A stretch of DNA of 64,000 bases from Chitinophagales bacterium (GCA_017984135.1 JAGNZZ010000001.1:119801-183800); one strand, 5' to 3'. Shown: positions 51,122-58,644, counted from the stretch's first letter. The notes: a model not told the origin generated them from the letters alone. Numbers and translations: made by a program.

Positions 51122-51941
51122 CTTCTAATTCCACGTTCCAAAGTTCGGAATTTTCATCTTTGTCAAATTCTTTAGTAAGCTTGACATCTAGTTTTAAATT
51201 TACTAAATTAATGTCTGCAACTTCTTTAGTGCTGATGCTATATGTTTTTAAATCATTTTGTATGCTTTCTATTTTTTGCAATTTAGCATTTGACAAATTA
51301 TAGTTTCTAAGTTGAATGACTACATAATTATACATGCCAATAGCTTTACTTCTATCTGAAGTTTTTATGAAGCCACAATTCCAACTATATTTGCCGTTTT
51401 GTTGATTTTTTATAAATGTAGATTCATACGCACCATTAACTATATAGTTACAAAAAAATTTATTGTTTGTATTGGGAATTTTTATGGAATCCAAAGCATA
51501 CTTTGCATTATATTTTAACTGTGAAATAGTATGATTGATGCCATCTGTTAATGAATAGGATTTGTAATCTGGAACTGACCACCAAGTTGGATTCATGTCT
51601 AAGGTGACTCGAATTCTATTAATTTCGTAATATTTTTCAATGGCATTATAGCGTAATACTTTTAAGCTCATGGGTGTGCCTACTGTACCTTGTACTAATT
51701 TTAAAACTTCACTATAACTCATTTTATGAATAGGCACTTTGTCTATTTCTAAAATCAAATCGCCAGGTCGAATGGAATGAGCATGCAAGTAATGGTTTAT
51801 CTCTAATGATTTGATTTTAAAACGTTGCGTAGTAGAATCAAAAATGGCTTGCCCACCAATTCCTCCGATTTTTGCAGATGGAGTATATGCTGTTGTTAAA
51901 ACAAACAGTGTTCCAAGAATAAAAAAATTGATAAATCTCAT
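51111..51941 (-). CDS. Secreted PDZ-domain protein, otherwise uncharacterised
   Basis: Signal peptide and a PDZ-like segment (IRPGDLILEIDKVPIHKMSYSEVLKLVQGTVGTPMSLKV). Start taken as ATG 51941. Confidence 0.55.
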   Translation of the reverse strand: MRFINFFILGTLFVLTTAYTPSAKIGGIGGQAIFDSTTQRFKIKSLEINHYLHAHSIRPGDLILEIDKVPIHKMSYSEVLKLVQGTVGTPMSLKVLRYNAIEKYYEINRIRVTLDMNPTWWSVPDYKSYSLTDGINHTISQLKYNAKYALDSIKIPNTNNKFFCNYIVNGAYESTFIKNQQNGKYSWNCGFIKTSDRSKAIGMYNYVVIQLRNYNLSNAKLQKIESIQNDLKTYSISTKEVADINLVNLKLDVKLTKEFDKDENSELWNVELEVKI

Positions 51942-51950
51942 GTTGCGATA

Positions 51951-51958
51951 CAAAATTA
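51951..51958 (-). promoter_or_regulatory. Bacteroidota -7 box (TAATTTTG) for the PDZ gene
   Basis: Perfect TAnnTTTG on the minus strand, 9 nt upstream of ATG 51941. Confidence 0.4.
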
Positions 51959-52001
51959 ACGCGACTAAATGTTAAAGTTATTGATTTTTATCAACTTTTG
52001 T

Positions 52002-53522
52002 TTAAAGCTTCTTAAATAATCCGCCAAATTCCATCATTTTCATCAAATCAGATACTTTTATTTTTCCGGACATAAATGCTTCTTGAGGATTCAATTTTCC
52101 TGTTTCAACAGCCACGTAAGTGGCATCATCGGTTTCTACGGTGCAGTCAACTGCAATTTGTCCACTATTCCCATTATTAATGATTTCTAAAATACCATCA
52201 TTTATAGATACAAAATACGTTGCTGAATCAAATTTAAATTCCATATTTAAATTTTTTCCTTTTGCTTTCTCTGTTTTAAATCGGGAAGGCAAAGTTTGAA
52301 AAACAGCCTCTACAGAATCTAATGAAGTATGTTCTTCTTTATTGATTGAAGTAGCTCTATCGTAGTTGGTATCATCAATAATCATTTTAGCTAAAATTTC
52401 TCTCATAATTTCTGAGGTTCCACCACCAATTGTTCCGATTCGAGAATCTCTGAATGCTCGTGCAATTTTAAAATCTTCCATATAACCATAACCTCCAAAA
52501 ACTTGTAGAATTTGATAGGCACATTTATCTGCTAATTCGGATGCTAACAGTTTAGAAATAGAACTTTCTTTTACAGCATATTTTCCTTCGTTATGCATTC
52601 TGCAAGTTTGTAATACATAGAATTTTATTGCTTCCGTTTCAGCGGCTAATTGTGCTACTTTGTGTCGCAGTACTTGAAATTTATTAATTGGACGACCAAA
52701 TGCATGTCTTTGACTCATATATTCCAATCCATATTGTATCATGCCTTCGCAAGCGGAATATCCCATGATTGAACCTGCTAATCGTTCTAATTGCAAGCCG
52801 CCCATTAAATAATAAAATCCTTTTCCTTCTTCGCCTAATAAATTTTTTGTTGGCACTTTTACATTATCAAAATGCAATTCTGCCGTGTCAGATGCATGCC
52901 AACCTAATTTTTTTAATTTGGTTTTAGATATGCCTTCACTATTTAAATCTACCACCAACAAACTTACGCCTGCTGCGCCAGCACTTGTGTTGGTTTTACA
53001 AACCAAGATTACAAAATGCCCGTAAACGCCATTAGTGATAAATGTTTTAGAGCCATTAACAACGTAGTAATCACCTTCTTTTATTGCGCGAGTTTGTATG
53101 TTAGCCACATCGCTGCCTGCACCTGGTTCTGTGATGCCAATACTGCCAATTTTTTCGCCGGCAATGGCAGCTTTGAAAAATGTTTCTTTTAAGTATTCAC
53201 TTCCATGATGTAAGATGTATGGACTGCTCATGCATACTTGTACGGCTGCCGTGATGGCAAAACCGCCAGAAAAGACTTTAGACACTTCTTCTAACATGAC
53301 AACAGTATAGAAAAAGTCGAGATTGCTTCCGCCATATTGCTCTGGAAAGCTGAGTCCGAAGTAACCCATTTCGCCAAATTTTTTCCAAAATTCACGAGGA
53401 ATTTTTCCATCTAATTCCCATTGGTCGATGTGAGGAACGGCTTCTGCTTTTAAAAAATCTTGAATGGATTTTCTGAACATTTCATGTTCTTCTGTAAAAT
53501 AGTAGGATAGTGCTGTTGACAT
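52002..53522 (-). CDS. Acyl-CoA dehydrogenase fused to a C-terminal SCP2 sterol-carrier-like domain (paralog 1)
   Basis: ACAD core to ~aa 385 (GITEPGAGSD..., GGYGYMEDF...IGGGTSEIM). The last ~110 aa (LPSRFKTEKAKG...LNPQEAFMSGKIKVSDLMKMMEFGGLF) are SCP2-like. Confidence 0.85.
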   Translation of the reverse strand: MSTALSYYFTEEHEMFRKSIQDFLKAEAVPHIDQWELDGKIPREFWKKFGEMGYFGLSFPEQYGGSNLDFFYTVVMLEEVSKVFSGGFAITAAVQVCMSSPYILHHGSEYLKETFFKAAIAGEKIGSIGITEPGAGSDVANIQTRAIKEGDYYVVNGSKTFITNGVYGHFVILVCKTNTSAGAAGVSLLVVDLNSEGISKTKLKKLGWHASDTAELHFDNVKVPTKNLLGEEGKGFYYLMGGLQLERLAGSIMGYSACEGMIQYGLEYMSQRHAFGRPINKFQVLRHKVAQLAAETEAIKFYVLQTCRMHNEGKYAVKESSISKLLASELADKCAYQILQVFGGYGYMEDFKIARAFRDSRIGTIGGGTSEIMREILAKMIIDDTNYDRATSINKEEHTSLDSVEAVFQTLPSRFKTEKAKGKNLNMEFKFDSATYFVSINDGILEIINNGNSGQIAVDCTVETDDATYVAVETGKLNPQEAFMSGKIKVSDLMKMMEFGGLFKKL

Positions 53523-53540
53523 GATAATTAAATAATTTAG

Positions 53541-53555
53541 TAATTAAATAATGTA
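53541..53555. repeat. Left arm of a perfect 15-bp inverted repeat flanking four-helix-bundle gene 1
   Basis: taattaaataatgta is the exact reverse complement of 53942-53956 (tacattatttaatta). A partial tandem copy lies at 53524-53537. Confidence 0.7.
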
Positions 53556-53563
53556 ATAATTAA

Positions 53564-53938
53564 TTAGTTTATTTTAATATTTAACTTTGAAGTTGATATT
53601 ATTTTAGTGAGTATTTTTCTAATTTCTAATAGTTTATCAATTAAATTTTGAGTATCAGGATAGGTATCAACTGCATTGCATATTTCTAACCAATATTCAG
53701 TTTCTTCCAATTCCTTTAATGCAATTTTTATTTTATGAATAAAATCATTTTTACTTTCAGCATTTTGTGCTTCTCTTACATTTGCACCAATTGATGTTCC
53801 TGATTTTAATAATTGATTTGAAATAATAAATTTTCTATTTGATTCTAATAATTCACAATACATGACTTTTTGAATTGAAAAATCAAAAGTCAATTTTAAT
53901 ATTGGATTGCTATTTTTTTCCATAATAGATTTTTTCAT
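53564..53938 (-). CDS. Four-helix-bundle protein (23S rRNA intervening-sequence protein family)
   Basis: SIGANVREAQNAESKNDFIHKIKIALKELEETEYWLEI, the family's hallmark. Confidence 0.85.
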   Translation of the reverse strand: MKKSIMEKNSNPILKLTFDFSIQKVMYCELLESNRKFIISNQLLKSGTSIGANVREAQNAESKNDFIHKIKIALKELEETEYWLEICNAVDTYPDTQNLIDKLLEIRKILTKIISTSKLNIKIN

Positions 53939-53941
53939 TCC

Positions 53942-53956
53942 TACATTATTTAATTA
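53942..53956. repeat. Right arm of the perfect 15-bp inverted repeat; overlaps the stop codon of ACAD-SCP2 paralog 2
   Basis: tacattatttaatta. Its last 3 nt (53954-53956, tta) are the TAA stop of the 53954..55480 gene. Confidence 0.7.
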
Positions 53957-55480
53957 TTTTATTGTTTCATTATTAAATTTTCGGAACAAAGTACCTAACT
54001 GCATCATTTTTCCTAAATCACTTACTTGAACTTTGCCACTCATAAATGCTTCTTGCGGATTAAGATTTCCTGTTTCAATGGCAATGTACGTTGCTTGGTT
54101 AGTAGTTACTATCAAGTCCACAGTTGACGGTCGACGGTCGACAGTGGACAAAGCAACTTGCTTGTTTTTTATTTGAACCCAATGATTTTTTTCATCTTCA
54201 AATTCAAACAACACATTCAACACTACTCCATCTGCTTTTTCTGTTTTTAATCTCGAAGGTAAACTATTGATGATATCATCAATGCTTACATCTTTAGATT
54301 GTGGTCGGTCGACTGTGGGCTGATAGCTTTTATCATCAATAACCATTTTCGATATAATCTCCAACATAATTTCTGATGTTCCACCGCCGATAGTGCCTAA
54401 GCGTGAATCTCGGAAAAAACGTGCCGCTTTGTATTCTTCCATATAACCATAACCACCAAACATTTGCAAACATTGATAGCCTAATTTATCAGATAATTCT
54501 GTGGCTAAATATTTTGACATAGAAGCTTCTTTAACGCAATATTTTTTCTCGTTATGCATTTGGCAAATTAAATAGGTATAAGTTTTTATACTTTCTAATT
54601 CTGCACTGAGTTGTGCCATTCGATGTCGCAAAACTTGAAATTTATTGATGCTTTTTCCAAATGCTTTGCGTTCACTCATATATTGCAAGGTGTATTGTAT
54701 CATTAATTCAGATGCAGCAATTGCTCCTAAGGCTAAGGTCAATCTGTCTAATTCAAAACGCTGCATGATGTAGTAAAATCCTTTGTTTGCTTCACCTAAT
54801 AAATTGGATATTGGCACTTCCACCTTATCGAATGCAATTTCTGCCGTATCACTGGCTTTCCAACCTAATTTTTTCAAATTATTTCTCGAAACACCTTTTG
54901 CATTTCCATCTACCAAAATCATAGATATACCACTTGCGCCAGAGTTGGCAGTTTTGCAAGCTACAATCATATAATCGGCTAAATAGCCATTGGTAATAAA
55001 ACATTTGCTTCCGTTGATGATGTATTTATCACCTTGTTGGATTGCTGTAGTTTTTATTCCGGCAACATCGCTTCCTGCGTGTGGCTCAGTAATGGCTAAA
55101 CATCCAACTATTTCTCCGGCAATGGCTTTATGTAAATATTTTTCTTTTAATTCGTCAGATGCTTCGTGTTTTAAATGCGACATAGACAAATATGGATGTG
55201 CGGAAATGCTTGCTGCAAAACCACCGCTCCAACATTTGCCTACTTCTTCAATAAAAATAACATCGTACCAAAAATCTAAATTAGAACCGCCGTATTTTTC
55301 TTCTTGCGTAATCCCAAAAAATCCCATTTCACCAAAACGCTTAAAAATTTCTCTGGGCAAAAATCCATCTTCTTCCCATTGGTCAATATTGGGTATTACT
55401 TCTTTATCCAAAAAATCGCGAAACGTTTTTCTAAATAATTGATGTTCCTCTTTTAAATAATATTGTTCTAAAATGCTCAT
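53954..55480 (-). CDS. Acyl-CoA dehydrogenase fused to a C-terminal SCP2 sterol-carrier-like domain (paralog 2)
   Basis: Same architecture as 52002..53522 (GGYGYMEEY...IGGGTSEIM; LPSRLKTEKADG...LNPQEAFMSGKVQVSDLGKMMQLGTLF). Confidence 0.85.
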   Translation of the reverse strand: MSILEQYYLKEEHQLFRKTFRDFLDKEVIPNIDQWEEDGFLPREIFKRFGEMGFFGITQEEKYGGSNLDFWYDVIFIEEVGKCWSGGFAASISAHPYLSMSHLKHEASDELKEKYLHKAIAGEIVGCLAITEPHAGSDVAGIKTTAIQQGDKYIINGSKCFITNGYLADYMIVACKTANSGASGISMILVDGNAKGVSRNNLKKLGWKASDTAEIAFDKVEVPISNLLGEANKGFYYIMQRFELDRLTLALGAIAASELMIQYTLQYMSERKAFGKSINKFQVLRHRMAQLSAELESIKTYTYLICQMHNEKKYCVKEASMSKYLATELSDKLGYQCLQMFGGYGYMEEYKAARFFRDSRLGTIGGGTSEIMLEIISKMVIDDKSYQPTVDRPQSKDVSIDDIINSLPSRLKTEKADGVVLNVLFEFEDEKNHWVQIKNKQVALSTVDRRPSTVDLIVTTNQATYIAIETGNLNPQEAFMSGKVQVSDLGKMMQLGTLFRKFNNETIK

Positions 55481-55498
55481 ATTTTCTCGTGATTTATT

Positions 55499-55590
55499 TA
55501 CCGCAAAGAGCGCAAAGGCTACCGCAAAGTTCGAAGAGGTTTATTTTTATAACCGCAAAGTATTTTAAGTTTTTCGCAAAGTTTTAAAGG
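55499..55590. repeat. CGCAAAG-motif repeat block (five copies), left flank of the GxxExxY gene
   Basis: cgcaaag at 55502, 55511, 55523, 55554 and 55575. The sub-block aaccgcaaag-N10-tttttcgcaaag (55551-55582) is mirrored at 56052-56083. Confidence 0.7.
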
Positions 55591-55591
55591 T

Positions 55592-55969
55592 TTATAATCC
55601 GTTTACTATTCTTTTTATTCCATGTTTTAAAAGGGTTACATTGAAATTTATTAATAAGCCAAGTTTGTAATTTCCAAGTTTTAAGTAAGTAAGCGTTTGT
55701 GCTAAATGAATGTCATTTAACGCTTCCACACTTTTTATTTCAATTACTAATTTTTCTTCCACCAATAAATCAATTCTATAACCGCAATCAAGTTTAACTT
55801 CTTCAAATAGTAATGGTATTGCTTTTTCTTTGTCAACTTTTAATCCTTCCTTTTTCAACTTATAATATAAACATTCTTGGTATGCACTTTCTAAAAGCCC
55901 AGGTCCTAATGCATTATGAACATCAATTGCTATACCTATAACAAAATGTGATAATTCATTTTCTTTCAT
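55592..55969 (-). CDS. GxxExxY protein (PD-(D/E)XK nuclease-fold family)
   Basis: GLLESAY motif and a D...E.K block (RIDLLVEEKLVIEIK), 125 aa. Confidence 0.85.
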   Translation of the reverse strand: MKENELSHFVIGIAIDVHNALGPGLLESAYQECLYYKLKKEGLKVDKEKAIPLLFEEVKLDCGYRIDLLVEEKLVIEIKSVEALNDIHLAQTLTYLKLGNYKLGLLINFNVTLLKHGIKRIVNGL

Positions 55970-56040
55970 TTTCTTCTATTATTACTTTGCTATAATTCCA
56001 TATTTGCTTTTTGCTATATAGTTGATAAATCATTTCAACT

Positions 56041-56083
56041 TACTTTGTGTCCTTTGCGAAAAATCTTTGAGCTCTTTGCGGTT
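56041..56083. repeat. Inverted CGCAAAG-motif arm, right flank of the GxxExxY gene
   Basis: Reverse complement reads aaccgcaaagagctcaaagatttttcgcaaaggacacaaagta, an imperfect inverted copy of 55551-55590. Both aaccgcaaag and tttttcgcaaag are exact. Confidence 0.65.
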
Positions 56084-56088
56084 AATGA

Positions 56089-56952
56089 TTAATTAATTGT
56101 TTTGATATTCAGCATTTCTCTTGTCTCAGAAATACTTGCAATTTCTCTGTCTAACATACGTGCTAATGTTGCGCCGGCTTCTACACATTCGCCGTTTGAT
56201 TTTGCCATTTCGCCATTGGGTAAGTAGAAATTATCTTCTAATCCAACTCGAAAATTTCCACCCATCGTACAAGCAATAGCAGCCAATTGCCATTGCTTTC
56301 TACTGATAGCAATCACTTGCCAAAATTCATTTTCCGGTACTTGCTTTATTTGATGCATTAAATTTTCTACTGTTGCAGGAATACCACCAAGCACGCCCAT
56401 TACTAAGCTGTAACATGCATTATCAGGAATTAATCCCATTTCTCGAAGTGGCACAACATTATGAATATGTCCGGTGTCGAAACATTCCATTTCCGGACAA
56501 ATATTATTTTCATTCATTGTTTTTACAACTTTAATCATCGTGTCAAAGGAGTTTTCAAAAACGGCATTCCAATAAAATTGTTTTTGTTTTTTGGAAAAGA
56601 TAGCATAGTTCATGCTGCCCATATTAAACGCTGCCATATCGGGTTTTGTAATCGGCAAATGCTTGATTCTTTCTTCTACGGAAAGACCGATTGCGCCTGT
56701 AGAAAAATTGATAATCACATCTGAAGAATGTTTGCGTACCTCCGCTTTAATTTCTTCAAATACTTCTGTTCGCCAACTTGGAATACCATTGTCTTCGCGC
56801 GCGTGAATGTGTACAATACTTGCGCCGGCATCTACTGCGCGTTTGGCTTCTTCACCTAATTCTCTTGGTGTGTATGGTATGGCAGGACAATGTGAACGGT
56901 TGGTGGCTGCTCCTGTGAGCGCTGCACTTAGTATTAGTTTTTTGTTTGACAT
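56089..56952 (-). CDS. Beta-keto acid cleavage enzyme family protein (BKACE; 3-keto-5-aminohexanoate cleavage enzyme-like, DUF849)
   Basis: LTGAATNRSHCPAIPYTPRELGEEAKRAVDAGASIVHIHAR, typical BKACE N-terminus, ~287 aa TIM-barrel size. Confidence 0.8.
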   Translation of the reverse strand: MSNKKLILSAALTGAATNRSHCPAIPYTPRELGEEAKRAVDAGASIVHIHAREDNGIPSWRTEVFEEIKAEVRKHSSDVIINFSTGAIGLSVEERIKHLPITKPDMAAFNMGSMNYAIFSKKQKQFYWNAVFENSFDTMIKVVKTMNENNICPEMECFDTGHIHNVVPLREMGLIPDNACYSLVMGVLGGIPATVENLMHQIKQVPENEFWQVIAISRKQWQLAAIACTMGGNFRVGLEDNFYLPNGEMAKSNGECVEAGATLARMLDREIASISETREMLNIKTIN

Positions 56953-56979
56953 TTATTTGATTTTTTTTGTTTATTTATT

Positions 56980-57140
56980 AACCGCAAAGTTTGCTAAGTA
57001 ATATATTCGCAAAGATTGCAAAGTTTTTATTTCTATTTTTCCATTTTTATATTAACCACAAAATATGCTAAGTTATTTCAAAGTATTCAAGATTTTCTAC
57101 AAGAACTTTGCGTAATTCTGAAACTTCGAGATTTGCGGTT
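56980..57140. repeat. Gene-less CGCAAAG inverted-repeat element (MITE-like or empty cassette)
   Basis: aaccgcaaag...ttcgcaaag...ttgcaaag (56980-57025) faces the inverted ctttgcg...tttgcggtt (57098-57140). A degenerate third copy lies at 57054-57090. No ORF lies between them. Confidence 0.6.
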
Positions 57141-57146
57141 AGTATT

Positions 57147-57971
57147 TTAATTTCCAATCCAATTTGGTTTTCGTTTTTCTTTGAATGCAGTTAAGCCTTC
57201 AGCTGCATCTTTACTTTGTAAACATTGCATCAACATAGCATGCAAATATTTGTGTTTTTCATCGGCATTTTTTGTTTTCATTTCTTGAAATGCTTTCAAG
57301 CCCAATCGTATGGCAGTAGGTGATTGTTCTTTGATTGCTGCAATTAATTCTTGTACTCGATTTTCTAAATTATCTGCAGTTACTACTTCAGAAACCAATC
57401 CGATTTCTTTTGCTTCACTTGCTGTCAATGTTTTAGCTCGAATGCATAAGTCTAACAGTTGGCGTGCCGACATTAAAGGCTCTAATGTTGCCATTACTTG
57501 AAATGGAAAAATGCCGCGTTTTACTTCAGGCAATCCAAATTTGGCTTCTTCAACGGCGATGACGTGTGTGCAACCACCAATCATTAAAAATCCACCGGCA
57601 TAAACATCGGCATGTACTTGTGCAATGCAAGGTTTATGTAAGCCGTTGAATTCATCGCCGAGTTTGACCATATCTTTTGGCATAGGTATGGTAGATTGTT
57701 TTTCGGCAGTGTTTTCACCAGCAAAGGCTTTTAAATCTGCACCGGCACAAAAGGTTGGTCCGTTGGCTTTGAGAACCACGCACCATATAGCATTGTTGTA
57801 ATGTGCATAAGCTAATGCGAATGCTAATTCATTTGCTAAAGGTGCGTGAAAAGCATTGCGTTTTTCCGGTCGATTGAGTGTGATGGTTAACACGTTTTCC
57901 TTTTCTTCGACAAGTAGGTAAGTAAAACTTTGTTCGTTGAAATTATGGATGTCTTGTTGTGAGTAGAGCAT
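57147..57971 (-). CDS. Enoyl-CoA hydratase/isomerase (crotonase) family; by context probably methylglutaconyl-CoA hydratase
   Basis: Crotonase fold motifs (FCAGADLK, GGGFLMIGGC-like, LPEVKRGIFP). Located between the MCC subunit genes and BKACE. Confidence 0.8.
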   Translation of the reverse strand: MLYSQQDIHNFNEQSFTYLLVEEKENVLTITLNRPEKRNAFHAPLANELAFALAYAHYNNAIWCVVLKANGPTFCAGADLKAFAGENTAEKQSTIPMPKDMVKLGDEFNGLHKPCIAQVHADVYAGGFLMIGGCTHVIAVEEAKFGLPEVKRGIFPFQVMATLEPLMSARQLLDLCIRAKTLTASEAKEIGLVSEVVTADNLENRVQELIAAIKEQSPTAIRLGLKAFQEMKTKNADEKHKYLHAMLMQCLQSKDAAEGLTAFKEKRKPNWIGN

Positions 57972-57976
57972 ATTTA

Positions 57977-58006
57977 TTTATGATTTATGAATTCAGATTT
58001 GAGATT
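57977..58006. repeat. 30-nt AT-rich element tttatgatttatgaattcagatttgagatt
   Basis: 28 of 30 positions match the reverse complement of 61253-61282 by manual alignment. Contains the palindrome TGAATTCA. Lies 6-35 nt upstream of the hydratase start. Confidence 0.6.
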
Positions 58007-58030
58007 AATTTATTCTAACTTTACTTTTCA

Positions 58031-58285
58031 TTTTTTTATGAGATTCCCTTTTACAAGGGAATGACATTTATATCTTAATGTAACCACGTCATTCTCACGA
58101 AAGTGGGAATCTTATTTTATTCCATTTTTATTTTCATTTTATATTTTTTTGAGATTCCCTTTTACAAGGGAATGACATTTATATCTTAATGTAACCACGT
58201 CATTCTCACGAAAGTGGGAATCTTATTTTATTCCATTTTTTCTTTTCATTTTTTTATGAGATTCCCTTTTACAAGGGAATGACAT
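58031..58285. repeat. 2.3 tandem copies of a 107-111 bp structured repeat, downstream flank of the GIY-YIG gene in gene orientation
   Basis: Anchor 'gattccc' at 58042, 58153 and 58260. Each unit has hairpin 1 (attccctt-ttac-aagggaat) and hairpin 2 (attc[t/c]cac-gaaa-gtgggaat). The third copy is cut after hairpin 1 by the gene's stop codon. Confidence 0.85.
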
Positions 58286-58636
58286 TTAATATCCAAAATA
58301 TTTTTTAGATTCATTATAATCTATTATATCCAATTCTGAATACCAATCAATCGCTAAATCTACTCTTTCTTTATTTATAGTATCAATTAATTCATCTTTC
58401 CATTTTCTATTCCATTTCTTTAATTGTTTTTCTCTTTCTATTGCGTTTGCCATATTATTAAACTCCTCGAAATAAATCAACTTTTTTATTTTGTATTTCT
58501 TTGTGAATACTGAACCATCGCCTTGTTTGTGCTGTAAAATTCTATACCATAAATAAGATGTGACACCAATATAAATTACATTACCAAAATTATTGGAGAT
58601 AATGTAAATACATGGATGTTTATTGTCTATTCTCAT
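58286..58636 (-). CDS. GIY-YIG nuclease-domain protein (small URI-domain type, COG2827/UPF0213-like)
   Basis: IYIISNNFGNVIYIGVTSYLWYRILQHKQG...FTKKY...LIYFEEF...AIEREKQLKKWNRKWK. Confidence 0.9.
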   Translation of the reverse strand: MRIDNKHPCIYIISNNFGNVIYIGVTSYLWYRILQHKQGDGSVFTKKYKIKKLIYFEEFNNMANAIEREKQLKKWNRKWKDELIDTINKERVDLAIDWYSELDIIDYNESKKYFGY

Positions 58637-58644
58637 GTTTAATT

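Noticed and set aside
54117-54150. GC-rich palindrome in ACAD paralog 2 read as an in-frame inserted mobile element (RPE-like).
   Set aside because: My manual alignment with paralog 1 shows identical segment lengths (52 residues between the LPSR and ATY landmarks), so it is not an insertion. I keep it only as a compositional and palindromic oddity in the findings.
54990-55442. 150-aa + strand ORF from the track, and similar ones at 38756-39115, 34452-34811, 1363-1734, 2471-2824, 62399-62779, 59941-60264, 60126-60425 and 58823-59146.
   Set aside because: All lie antisense to, or out of frame within, strongly supported genes with clear family motifs. Their products are low-complexity or hydrophobic 'shadow' translations.
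58225-58287. Mini-ORF on the minus strand inside the repeat (MSFPCKRESHKKMKRKNGIK), reiterated in each copy.
   Set aside because: It is encoded entirely by the hairpin repeat, starts right at the GIY-YIG stop codon, and resembles the spurious peptides palindromic repeats are known to generate. There is no independent support for translation.
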